Assembly (NCBI GenBank): GCA_044892525.1
Contig: CM097885.1
Location: 5,706,001 to 5,770,000 of the forward strand
Length of the DNA stretch: 64,000 bases
Direction of reading: 5' to 3'
DNA from: Schmidtea polychroa
Lineage: Eukaryota
Below, one piece after another: positions 36,730 to 49,154 of the stretch; the first letter of the stretch is position 1, and each line of letters begins with the position of its first letter. The position numbers and the translations under genes are program-made. The notes beneath the pieces are model-generated. The model was not told the DNA's origin. It did not search any database and saw nothing but the letters and a program-made list of their open reading frames with translations.

Positions 36730-38373
36730 TGTTGGGCTGAAACCGAGAACTGAGAGTTTGTTTTAATCGATCGAAAATACCTAACACAAAAACCGCAAAG
36801 TTGAAAAATTTATGACCAAGGTTTAATTTAAAATAAATGAAATAAATTACATCACACATTAAGAACCAATAAACCCCGTATAATAGAATAAGAGATAAAT
36901 AAATTTAACAAAAAATTCAACACTTAAAAATTTAAATAGAAAAATAATAAAATATAAAATAGAATTAGTTGAAAATTATTTAAACAATATAAAAATTAAA
37001 TCGTCAAAAATAATAAAATTAGTTAGCATTATATAAATTGTAAAGTTTATAGAATTAAATGGTTATTTAACTTATTAAATTTAAAGAATAAAAATGTTTA
37101 AATTAATAAAAATTAATATAACTCAAATTATTTAAATTATAAAATTTATAAAATTAAAATTAATAAAAATTAAATAAGAAATTAATTAAATTTATTGAAT
37201 TAAAACAAATAAACAATTGCACACACTCATGCAGGTATGCAAGACTAATTAAAAATTTCTCGCACTCTGATTGGATAGAGTGGCAGCAAATGCATGAAAA
37301 ATCAGTATAAATACTGATCACAAATTCATTTAAGACCACTTTTTTTTCTAACATCAAAATTTAGTTGTAGCCAGTGAAGCTCTCAGTTTTCGATTTTATG
37401 CCCACGTGGATTTGGTAATTTATTTTTTATTGTTGTAGTAATTTTATGAGATGATTAAATTTAATATGCAATAAAATTTTTAGTTAAATTTTCTTTTGTT
37501 ATTTTCTTTTAATTGTTTAATTTCATTTAGTTGCAGGTATTAAATAATAATTTTTATTGTGTTCAATTTTTATACTAACTGATTACGAACGTTAGTACCG
37601 CTGAATTGAGATTCAGCATATCATGGTTTGAGGTACCTTCGGGATGCTCAGACTGGTGGGTATGCTGGTTTTTCAATCGCGCAGCTGGATTGGGCCGGAA
37701 TGTGGGGGCTTCCTCACGGGTCCTATCGCTGGAAGTACTGTGGTCAAATGTAGGTTAGGACTGAGAATACAGGCAGATCCCTGCTCAAATTTCTTGAAGT
37801 ATAACTTAAATATTATGGGAAGCGTGGATTAACTTGAAAATAAGGGCCAATCCCTGCTCAAATTTTTCAAAGGATAAGTTAGATATTGTAGGAAGTGTAG
37901 AACAATAATTATTAGCTGGAAAATAAGGGCCGATCCCTGCTCAAATTTTTTTGCGAGATAGGTTAAATATTCATAAATATCAAGGAAAATACCTAGCAAC
38001 ATTTATTAATAGAAGAATAAGGGCGCATCCCTGCAAAAAATTTTGAAAAGAAATAATAGAAACCATCTAGGAATGAGGACCATAACCGAATGAAATAGAA
38101 AAGTAGAAATAGAAAGTGATCAATGACGTAAGACCTTCTATCGGCCGTCTAGAACCCGAAGAGAAAATACAATGGGGAGTAGTTTTAGTAATGGAGCTCA
38201 CCTGCTCATTGTTTTTTCACCTTTGTGTACAGTACCAACATGGTCGTCGCCATGGGTACACAAATGGTTTAAATTGCAATAGTCATGGAGGTGCTTAGGA
38301 AAGAGTCGAACGATTATGATTACCCCTAACGTATTTTAAATTGTAAAAAGGACACACCCCTAAGTAACCAACA
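36730..38373 (+). repeat. 3' LTR
   Basis: Direct repeat of 22807-24450, followed by TSD TTTA. Confidence 0.95.
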
Positions 38374-40152
38374 TTTATAACTAATTTATAAATTTATAAT
38401 ATTTGTCGATGAATTTAGATATCAACAACTACTGATCTGGCACATGGCCTATTTTAATACAACAATAACGAATTATCAAATACAAATTCTTGTTACAGTT
38501 TTCTCCAGTCCCGGCCCTAGAGATTATGGAATTGTGATGCAAAGATTTTTTCGGCGACCTTAATGAACATTTTAATATTACAATAATAACTTGAGCGCAT
38601 ATTGCAACCCTCCTGGAGGAATAGCACATTGGAATACCACTTGGAATTTACAACTACTTGACTGCTGTTTCTGGTTTCAATGATCGGTGGATTTCATCTA
38701 GTTGCTTTCTTAGATTTGTCTGGGGTTTATTCGATAGCTTTAATTGGTTTTAAATCGGATTCTTTGATAACTTCGTAACTCACCTTGAATTTCGTTTTAA
38801 TTCTATTTCTTATTTTCTTTACAATTTCTGTTTCCTTTTCACTATACGAATTCTATCTCTTTTCCACTTTTCAAATTGTGTCCCTTAGAAGTTCTCTTCT
38901 CTAAAAAATCCTGTTTTCATTCAAGTTGCATTTCTTTTTATAGTCAATAATCTAATGGTCCTTAATGATATTGACTTTTGTTTAGTTTTACCCTTCCCGT
39001 ACATCCCTTTTGGCTATCTACAGTTCTTTTATTACCTCACAGCTTTCGAGATATGTAATATTTAGAGGACACAATCTCTAATAAAAATGACCTTGTAGTA
39101 TTTCATTATTTGATTGTTTGATTTTTTTCCAATTCTTTGCCATTTCTCTTTTGTTTTCTCAATGCTTCAACTCGCTTCTACTTTCCAGGGTTATGGAGTA
39201 ACACACCTTTTATTTTATACATTTTCCCCAATAATTTTATTCATTTTGACAATTAATTGTTTATTTTTTTTATTATTTTTATCCTCAACCAATTTTACCA
39301 ATAGTTACTTGCAAAACCGAATTTGAACAAGGCAATACACGCCTCACCTGAGTGAAAATGAATGTAAATAAAATTTACAACCGATATTGGCCCTATTGCT
39401 AATTTTTCTGTCCATACACTATGACCTTAATACTTGTTTTTTTGAACTTTAGGTTTTCAGGATCAAATATATTTTTAACTCTATTATTCATTTTCCTTCA
39501 ATAGTCTATCAATTTTTAAGGACTAACTCAACTTTTCAACAAAATCAATTAAAAATATTTATGAGCAATTTAACAATAAAATTAAAATTTTATCGGTTGT
39601 TTTAATATTGCTTGAAACAATAATTTATTTAAATTTGAATTTGTATGCTAATTTGCCATTTGAGTTTTAACCGTTTTTTCTATATACTATTCAAATCTTT
39701 CATAATTTTTAACACATTTTAATAAAGATTTCACACACAAATACATTTTGAATGTATTAATTAAAACTAATAAAAATTTATAAGATATTTTTGCAAACGA
39801 TGTCAAAGTTTGCACGATCACATGTGAGGCACGATGGCACTTGCCACGCTTTTGATTCAAACAACAAAGAGCACCATCGCGCTCTTCACTATAATGGTTA
39901 ATAAAAAAATTTCAAATTGGTTAGAGTTCAACTTAAATGTTCCATTTAACTTATAAACGAGGAGTACTGTAATTTTTAGGATATGTGACATGGGGGGTCC
40001 AGAATACAAAAAAGGTTGAAGCTGGTTTTCTGCTTTATCAAAATATTTAGATAATTTTTCCCACTTTTCAAAGTTTTAATAATAAAAAATTATAATAGTT
40101 TCATTTAATCAGCGACATTTTATTAAAATTATTTAAATAACGTGACTGCCAT

Positions 40153-41314
40153 TCAAAGGTTAGGGTAACTAGCCATGGTAGCTATTCCACATTGATTATC
40201 CTTATCTTTTGACATCTTTATATATCCTCTAAGTCCCCAGGAATCTCCCCAACTATTTTTCACTAGCCAATAATTTTCTCCTGAATCTTCATCGACCCCA
40301 TAACCAACTGCTAAGACGCCATGATCAAGCTGAGTTGATGAACAGGTTTCTTCATCATAAACTCCTCCCTATAAAAAAACAGAGGCGAAAAAAATAAATT
40401 GTTTAACTAACATTGTAAAACTGGAAACTAGGATTACTGGCATCAATTGCAACCGATATTGGCCCTACGGTTGCTAATTTTTCTGCCAAATCTTCTTCAC
40501 TTCCATGATCAATATCGGTAAAGTTTTTGCACCGTGTTATTACTTTGCGTTTGGAATATTGGCAGCTTCCATCCTGTAAATATATACAGGCGATATAGGC
40601 ATTGTATGGGATAACAAGTGATAATACCAACCATGGCTGTGTAAGGATAAACGCTTTCCTTTTCGATTCCATATTTCATAATATATTGAAAGGCTTGATC
40701 CATCAAACCACCATTGCAGCCTTCATTACCAAAACTTTGACTACAATCAACGAGTTGCTGTTCAGAAAAGCTGACTAATCTTTTTGTTTTCTTAAAATAT
40801 TGTCCTTCCATTGAGCCTGTCGTGGAAAATGCCCAACAAGATCCACATTGTTGCTTTAATTATAATTTGTTATTACTCACCTACTTTTAACCTTTTTTAC
40901 TTGATTTTTGACATTTGTGACGTAACCTTTTTTCACCCAGTTTACACTGTTGGGCAAATCCAATGACTTTCGTTTCTTGTCAGCAGATTTCCAGTCAACG
41001 GATTTCACGATTGGCCGATATTTTGTATAGATATCTAAAAATTCCTGATGAGTTAGGTCGGTAAACTGATTGACTCCCAATGTGTATTTATGTCTCCCAA
41101 GGTTGTATTCAATATTGTGTCTTTGAATGAATTGCAGATTTTCCTCCCAAATTTGCCTTCGAGCAAACTCATCCTCATCATTATAGGATTTGGCAAACTT
41201 AGTTTTGTATTCACTCCACAGCTCATCGAATCTTTGAAGGAAAAGCCCTGACCATGGTATGGATTCAACAAAACACGGGGTGATTATTAATATTATTCTC
41301 ACAAAGTCCATCAT
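40153..41314 (-). CDS. CTSL: Cathepsin L-like cysteine protease (exons 41314-40901, 40853-40632, 40573-40412, 40368-40153)
   Basis: Signal peptide; ERFNIN-type ([19 protein letters not shown]) and GVNQFTD propeptide motifs; [20 protein letters not shown] and YWLVKNSWG. Short canonical introns. Confidence 0.95.
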
Positions 41315-42501
41315 CGCTAATATTGTCAGAGACAACGCCTTTTATATTCATCGTTGTTCACACGAAAGTCATGTGCCTCGAATCCGTGAATTTATTCAAC
41401 GAGTCTAAGACTTTTCATAGAATAAATAATTAGTCAATTCCTAGAATTAATTTTGAAATGACGGATTATTATAATTAGGTTTAATTACATTTTTAAATGC
41501 GCAACCATTTATCGACTAAGACCCCTTTCACCCTTAAATATGAAAAGAATAAAATAAAAATAAAAATTTTAATAAATTACTACAATGGCCTAGGAGTCAG
41601 AATTTGTAATAGTCCTACCAGATTTTGTTATTGACAAAACAATATTGGGACAATGATAATACACTTTCGGCAAGAATTAGCTCTAAATCTGACTTCTCGT
41701 GTTCCGTAGAAAAATCAAAGAAGCCCAACAGAATAGAATTTATTAATTAGTTATCAAGAACATAAGGATTTCGCTCCATCAGTGACCATTTTGCAATTCT
41801 GACTTTCGACTATCGGTTTGAGTTTTTTCTCTTTGTCTTCCACTAAAAGTGACAAATTTTCTATATTTTTGTCTATTTGTATGGACATATTCGTCCTCCG
41901 GGACCAATAAGCAGTTATTGAAACCATCCTCCCTAAATGATTTATGAAATTAATCAACGTGTCAACTCTGAGATTTTCACAATGATTGATTGGTTTTTTA
42001 TTAAAAAATTAGTTTTTTTTGTTCTACCCTCCATAGGGACTTCTTGTACTTTTAAATTTGTCTTAAATATTTTATTTGCCATCAGTTATCACGTTTTCTG
42101 TCAGAAAAATATTAATATGCAGTTTCTTGAATATTTCCCTAAATTTTTATTAGTTTTGTCTCTTCAATTTTCCATTTATTTTGTGCATTTTTGTGTAACC
42201 CCAATAGTGTTACAAGTTTTAAAAACAATTTTTATTCATCTAGATTTTAAAACCAATACAGTGTAACTTCTATATAGGGGGCACGAATTTTCATACATGC
42301 CCTAATTATAGAGTGTGCCCCACTCATGGAATTCTTTTTAAAAACATATCTAATGATATCAAAAATTAAATGTGCCAATAATTAATACAAGACAATATTT
42401 AAACTAAGATTTTTATTAATATTATTTTAATGCAGATAAACAAATGATTAACTGAATTAAAATAAATAATTATTATTAATTTTAGAGAAAATTGAATAAA
42501 T

Positions 42502-45500
42502 TGTTGGGCTGAGTCGAAAACATAATCGTCGAAAATTAAGACAGATAGGGCGTGAACAAAATAAAATAAGACAACAAATTTTAAAACAAATAAGTCAAGA
42601 CATAAAAGAAACAATAAAATAAGATATAAGGATTAAAACAAAAAATAAAAATGAGAAAATTAAAAATAAGGTAATAAGATAACGAATAAGATAACGAAAA
42701 ATGCAACAAATAATATGGAATTTAAGAAATAAATAAAAGATATAATAAAAATAGGAAAAATAAGTAAAATATCCAAAGAAATAGGAAAAAACAAATTAAT
42801 TTAAAAAATTAAGCGGTACTAAATTCTGATTGGTCCACATAAACGAAAAATTCATATATAAGGAAACAGTAAACTCATTATAGTTACTGTTAAAAACCAA
42901 ACATTTACAGTTACAGGTACTCAACAATCCAGACAATCAAACCAAATTAGACTACTAGAAAGCAGACGACTATTAGGGACAGTTCTATATTCGATTCAGA
43001 ACCAGCACGATTAAATTAGTTTTCGACTCAGCTTTGGAAACACTGATTAAGACCGTTCGGTAAGGATGTGTTTTATATATTTTAGATTGCATAAACGATT
43101 TATAATGTTAAACATTTATTATATTAATTGAAAAGGTCGTAATAAATTTCTTCATTTGATCTCGTTTTTCCATAATAATGTATTTTAATGATTAAATCTA
43201 AACGTGAACGGTAAAGAAACATTTATATTATGCATTTGTATTTGGAGTTCTTATATTTTTATCATGATAATTTGACAATGAGTAACGTGGAGTTGAGAAG
43301 ATTCATATCATGGTGTGAGGAGCCTTCGGGAGCTCAGCCGATGGGTATGAATCTTTTCAATCATGCAGCTGACGTGGGCCGTAATGTGGGGGCTTCCTCA
43401 CGGGTCCGTCGCTGAAGGTTATAAAATGCTGCAAGGAATAGTTAGAGGTAAAGTAGAAAATGATGTAACTCGGGGATTAACAGTGATTGAGGTGGCTACA
43501 AACTTTCATCTGCAAGAGTTTCATAAATCCCAACTACCACCTTTGAAGATCTTCGTTTTGTCCTTACTAACCAGCCTAAATCGTTTATTCCCATCGACAG
43601 ACCTACTATCATCTACATGCAAATCATTTCTTCCGTCAAAAGCTATATCACATTTCATCTTAGAGGATAAATTAAGTGTTAGTGCGCTCACTCTGACATC
43701 GTACAACAACGTAGAAAACATACCAGAAGAATTTTAAACGTATTTAATTGAAAAAATAACATTTCGAAGAATCCTTTATTTCCAGTAAAAACAATTTTTG
43801 AATTACCCATAGCTGGAGCCTGGAGATTGCTCCCTGGAATGCACCCTTGATAGAGGTCGCCATGACGAGGATCGTATAAATACCCACCGAACGAGATATT
43901 TCAAGATATGGACGAGAGAGGCTGTACGACCTAAAATCCAATTTTTTTCGGTTGATGAGAAATAAACAGTAGATCATATAGGAACCAAATGATTAATTTC
44001 CAAATATTGAGATAACCGGAGTTCTGCGGTTAAGATAAAGTATGAATATGCACGGTGAAAATGTGTAGCCTGACCATGTGCAGATAGTAAATTCCGATTG
44101 AGTAATCACCTTCGGTTAGAGTCGCATGCACACAAGTGAAAATTTACCTCCGGTTTAATCGATGTTACACTCGCTCAGTCAGCACGGCAGCCGTGGATTC
44201 ACTAACTAGTATCAGTAGTGAAAAAATAAATCCAGTTACACGCACATAGTAAATCTGAATTTTCTGGAAAATCCTACTGGCAATTGAATTGACTAGGAGA
44301 CCTGTAGCAGAGGGTTTATACTATGCGTAACGCGCATCAAGTCTGAAGATTAGATTTGCCTAAATTATTACTAACGCAATTAATCAAATTGAGTAAAGTC
44401 AGTTAGGCTTTACATTTTTGTGATCGATAACATTTAGTATTAAATTAGAATATTATCTCTTTAAGCGGATTTAAAATTACTTAATTAATTCATCATTTCT
44501 GTATGTTTTACATGCATTAACTAATCACTGAATTAAAGTTGAACGTGGTTGCGACCCCACATTTATAAGTTTTCTTGGTCAGCAATAAATTACTATATTA
44601 GACTAAAAAGGGGGGGGGGAATTCACTCGCCAACCCCTACATACATAAACCATCCACCGATTTAATATCAATCAACAGAGGATGCTTCCGGCCCGCCATT
44701 CTGTTTTCTTCTCGTCAATCCTTTGAACATCATGAACGTAATGTATGGAATTCATAAAATAAATAAATAATTACGCCACACTGAGGGTTTAGTAGAGTTA
44801 ACCAATTTTCGTTTTACCTTATTTATTCTTTCCCCATTACAACTATCGAAATGTTGCCAAGCACGAAGTCTTCTATCAAACCCTGCTTCTCCTGCGCAGA
44901 CAAAAACACTATAATCCGAGATTTACAGGCCCAGATCGGTCGATATAAAAAGAAAATCGACGATCTGGAAGGTACATGGTTTAGCCCAGTACAAATGAAA
45001 GAGGTACGGAAGAAGCTGTACCGTAGTGAGCATTGTCGTGATGCCCTAATAAATGAGAGCAGATCTCAGCGCAGTTTGATCAAAGAGCAGTCAGAAGCTC
45101 TGCATAAAGTTTATATACAAGCAGCCACTACCCGGAAAATTGTAAGTATTCCCATTAACGAAGCCGACAATATCTTCCCCGTCCACCACGATCCTTCGTT
45201 CAATTTACCACCTTCTTCCAAGAAGTCATGTCGTGGATGCGTAGAGGCCAACCTCTCTCCCAGGCCGACCGAAGTAGTTACCACTGGAGTCAGTAAAGGG
45301 TTTTCAACATCCGCGTCTACATCTATAGTGCCATCGAATGTACCAAGCATTCCGAAAACCAAGCGTTGACAATTGTCTAGAGCAGAACGTAAAAAGCGGC
45401 AACGTGATCGAGCGGTCGCCAAACATCTTCGGACAACCCGACTAATCCCGACCGCCTTCCTGTTACGATCGATCTAACGGTAGGGAATCCAGGGCGATTC

Positions 45501-46149
45501 ATCTCCGCCGCTGGTGTGACTTGGGAGGAAAACGCCTCCGAGTTTTTCGACTTGGATGAATTGTTAGCAGACACCGGATGGGAGAAATGAAAACCTCCTC
45601 GTAGAGCAATCGAGCGGTATAGTAATGGTCAAACTGAACTATCATGGTCTAACTCTTTCCTTACACCGTTTGTCTATGAAATTGTATATGTTATATGTCA
45701 CTCATCCGTATATTGTATTTCGATGACAAAATAAAACAGTTTTTGGTTATCAAGCTCTTCGTTTTTGTAGTAGTTCGGAGTAGCTTTTATAGATCAAGTA
45801 GAGATTTTGCAGTTCGAAGAGTAATAGTCAATTTGCATCTAATTCGGGGTCGAAGGAAAGTGAGGTTTGATGATGCGATTATGACGTAAGTCCTTCTATC
45901 GGCAGTCAGGGAAAGGAAGTCGAGGCCTCAGTAAGGAGTAGTCCTAAGGCAGGGGCGCACCTGCTTACTGGAGTCTCGCCGCATAGCACATTTCCAACGT
46001 GAAGCAATTCACGGGTGCTACGTTGGAGTGTAGGTTGTGCAGGGTTCTGCTCAGGGTTGACATGGGTATAATTAATGTAAGTGAAATGGACACCCATCTC
46101 CTTTACAAGCGCGTGAGTGGGTTGAAGTCAACCGAGCACTACCCCAGCA
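42502..46149 (+). mobile_element. Large (3.65-kb) solo LTR related to the 22807-38373 element
   Basis: Starts TGTTGGGCTGA (same as the 1644-bp LTR) and ends TACCCCAGCA; TSD AAAT; shares promoter layout and RNA modules A and B. Confidence 0.85.
44851..45590 (+). pseudogene. LTR-embedded accessory ORF (CxxC + coiled coil, basic patch, acidic tail), with a stop at 45367 and a frameshift at ~45422
   Basis: A 172-aa ORF continues after TGA as QLSRAERKKRQRDR and, in a shifted frame, as …EFFDLDELLADTGWEK*. Confidence 0.5.
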
Positions 46150-47985
46150 AAATAGACATTTTTTGTTCACAAAATATGACTTATTTTTGTTAGTTTGTAA
46201 GGCAGGTAGCTATTTTTTATTAGATATTTTAAAATACTAACAAAAAAAGATTAAACCAAATAATAACTAACCAAAAAATAAATATCATAATTTGGTTTTA
46301 ATTGATACAACTTGGCACAATTTAAGAATCGTAGACAGTCTACGGTAGACTGCCAAAATTTTCAAGGAAAATAGTTGATGCCCAATCAGTATTTAACAGA
46401 AAAATGCATTCTCCTATCACACATTGGTATCATATGCAATATAGATTAGATTTATTTTTTAATGTATAAATATTTGACTTTCTTAGGAGCTTTCGAGAAA
46501 GTAATTAAGGCCATGAGCCGTATGCTGTCCAAGTCTGTACTAGAGAATAAAAATAAAATACTCTCAATAAATGACTGTCAAACATCATTACTTCTCTAGA
46601 ATGAAATATAGATATTTTGATAAATTCTTAAAAAAATATTACATTTTTAACATGTTTATACCTACAATATGATATACAATATCTTTATGCCCATTGGAAT
46701 TGAAATAAAATATCTATATTTTTTAACCGAAAAATAAAATAAAAATAGTTGTATGACAAACTATTCATTTAACACTTTTTCGCCAGCGCGGATTTTCATG
46801 CTGCGCATCATCTGGTGGCGCAGTTTATGGTATTGAACAAAAGTTATGTTAAAGTTATAATTTCTCAAATCATAATAACAAATAACAATTAACAAGTAAA
46901 GTATATTTAAATATTTAAAGTCTAACGTGTCCTTTCTATTATTAAAACAACTATAATTAATAAACATTAGTTATTGAACATTACTGTTGATAATACGTTA
47001 TTCATTATAATTGTAATTAAAAATAAATGTTTTTGATGAATACACGTTAAATTTTCTAATAATACGACTTATATACGTCTAATAACACAATCAAATAAGT
47101 TCCACTGGTGGTACTCGCCACCCGATGGGACCGGTTAGTCTCACCTAATTTATAGTAATTGATCAATTCTAAAATTTGATTTTATGTTTTTTTCATTAAA
47201 TTTAAATGCATCAATTTTATCTTAATTTGGCTATTTATTATTTATTACATGAATTTGAGAGAAAAGTAAAGAAAACTCTCATTTAAAAATGACGAATTAT
47301 ATGAATGTGACATTACTCACACTAAAAGTGAAATTGCAAATATTTGTGAATCAATCAAATGAACATCTGATTTATGCCAAGGATTTAATGCAAGCATTGT
47401 TGCATTTAAAATATTTGGAAATGAAAAGTCTCGTTCATTGTTTGGAGCTAATTTCGAGAGAATAATTCATTACAATGTTAATTATATTTATGATGAGGTG
47501 AAAAAATAAATACCAATGAATGAAAAGATTGTAAATTGTTTACCGATTGTACAGGTTGTACAGGTTGTGCAATGCACAAGGACCCAGGTATAAAAGAATC
47601 CAATGGAGACTAAAGAAGTACATTAATTACTTGCTAATAATCGTTATTTTAATAAGACAATTCCACTGTTTGACATGGATAGTTTTTACAATATATTGTT
47701 TCAAAAATTTAAGTTTTTCTGATTTTGCACACGTTCTTGATATATTTTATTAAAGCCAGATGAAGTCAATTAAAACTTCAAGGGGCCAAACACTGAAGCT
47801 GTATTTTGCAATAATTGAAAAAGAAAATGATCGAATTAAAGAACAGGAATGCTTATACAACAAATTTAAAATTTGCGATGCGTTAAGCCATTGATGAAAC
47901 GGTTTTAATGGACTATTACTTTGACACAGGGATTCGTATATACAAAGGTTTAATATTTAAATTTAATGATTTACAATTACAAATT

Positions 47986-49010
47986 TGTTGAGGTCCGTAA
48001 ATTAAAATTGAAAATTTAAATAAAATTTAGAATAATAATTCAAATGGAAAGTAAGCGAGGAAAAAAGGCAAATAAAAGCGGGATCGTGCACAGAATCAAT
48101 AGTAAAGGAAAGTGTGATGGAAACAGTATTAGAAAATGCCAAAAGCAATTACGAAAGGCGAGAATCCGGAAATCCGAGAAAAATCAATAAAGGGAAAAAT
48201 CATCGAAATCGAATGGGAAAAACGGGACAGGTATAGATTAGCTAATGGTCAACAAGATGATGATTAGGGATTTATCAGAAAAGGGTTAGGAAGAGTCGAA
48301 AAACATTCAAACGTATGGAAACAGAAAACGTTAATTAATTAATTAATTGGCTAATGGAAAACCCGAGAGATAAAGGAAACCCGAGCTGGGTAAACAAGAA
48401 GAAAGGCAAACAAAAGGAAGATTTGGGCCCATTAGCTTGACACAAAGATTAATGGGAAAAGAGTAAGGAGAAGATAGCGCGCGTAGGAAGACCGGTAGGG
48501 CCATTAATTATCTGGATTCGTTGGACCATTATGGGTGACAGCCGAAGCAAACACGTAGGAGAAAATGTCAAACGAAAGATTGGCTCGGCAATAACCATTT
48601 GTCATCCTGATTTCGAGGAGTATATAAGCAAAGGGAAAATCAGAGAAAATCGGCATTTTGCCTCAGGTAGGGTAAGAAGAATCGAGAATAGTCGAGAGGT
48701 AAAAACGAATTTAGGGAAGTAGGGAAAAGAAGAAATAGAATTAAGAATACGAAAAGGTGAAAAGGAATCAAACCAAACAGAAACCGAGGAAAACGAGAGT
48801 CAAGAGAATCGAAAGGATCGAAAGCTGAATATTATTTATTTGCAAAGCATCAACGCCGAGCGGAGAATCGTATAAAACTTTGATCAGTAATTGTAGCGTG
48901 ATAATAAATTGTGAACCTGTTGTTTCAATATACGTTGGGTCGTTCATTGTTTTGATTTAAAGAACACAGGAGTCAGAGAGAACCGACTTGAAATAATCCA
49001 AAACCCAACA
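47986..49010 (+). mobile_element. Solo LTR (~1.0 kb), same class as 19755-20762
   Basis: TGTTGAGG…CCCAACA; TSD AATT; TATATAAG, AATAAA and GGAGTCAGAG near the 3' end. Confidence 0.85.
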
Positions 49011-49154
49011 AATTTATGGACACTGAATATATTTTATTAGTCAAATGATCATTGAACTTTTTTTCTTATTGTAGCTGTGCAAATTTGGAAATTTTGTAGC
49101 TCAGTATTAATTAATATAGATATTTGGAAGAGGAGGCTGTAATTTGGTATCACC

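Larger units (their letters stand above)
22807..38373 (+). mobile_element. 15.6-kb non-autonomous (gag-only) Ty3/gypsy-type LTR retrotransposon
   Basis: Two near-identical 1644-bp LTRs (TGTTGG…CCAACA), TSD TTTA, a PBS after the 5' LTR and a gag ORF. No recognisable PR/RT/RH/IN. Confidence 0.95.

Noticed and set aside
41500..42330. Possible DNA-transposon relic
   Set aside because: Too decayed; no paired TIR/TSD established.
45367..45375. Programmed readthrough at TGA-CAA-TTG
   Set aside because: It resembles the CARYYA context, but a CGA>TGA decay mutation is simpler given the nearby frameshift.
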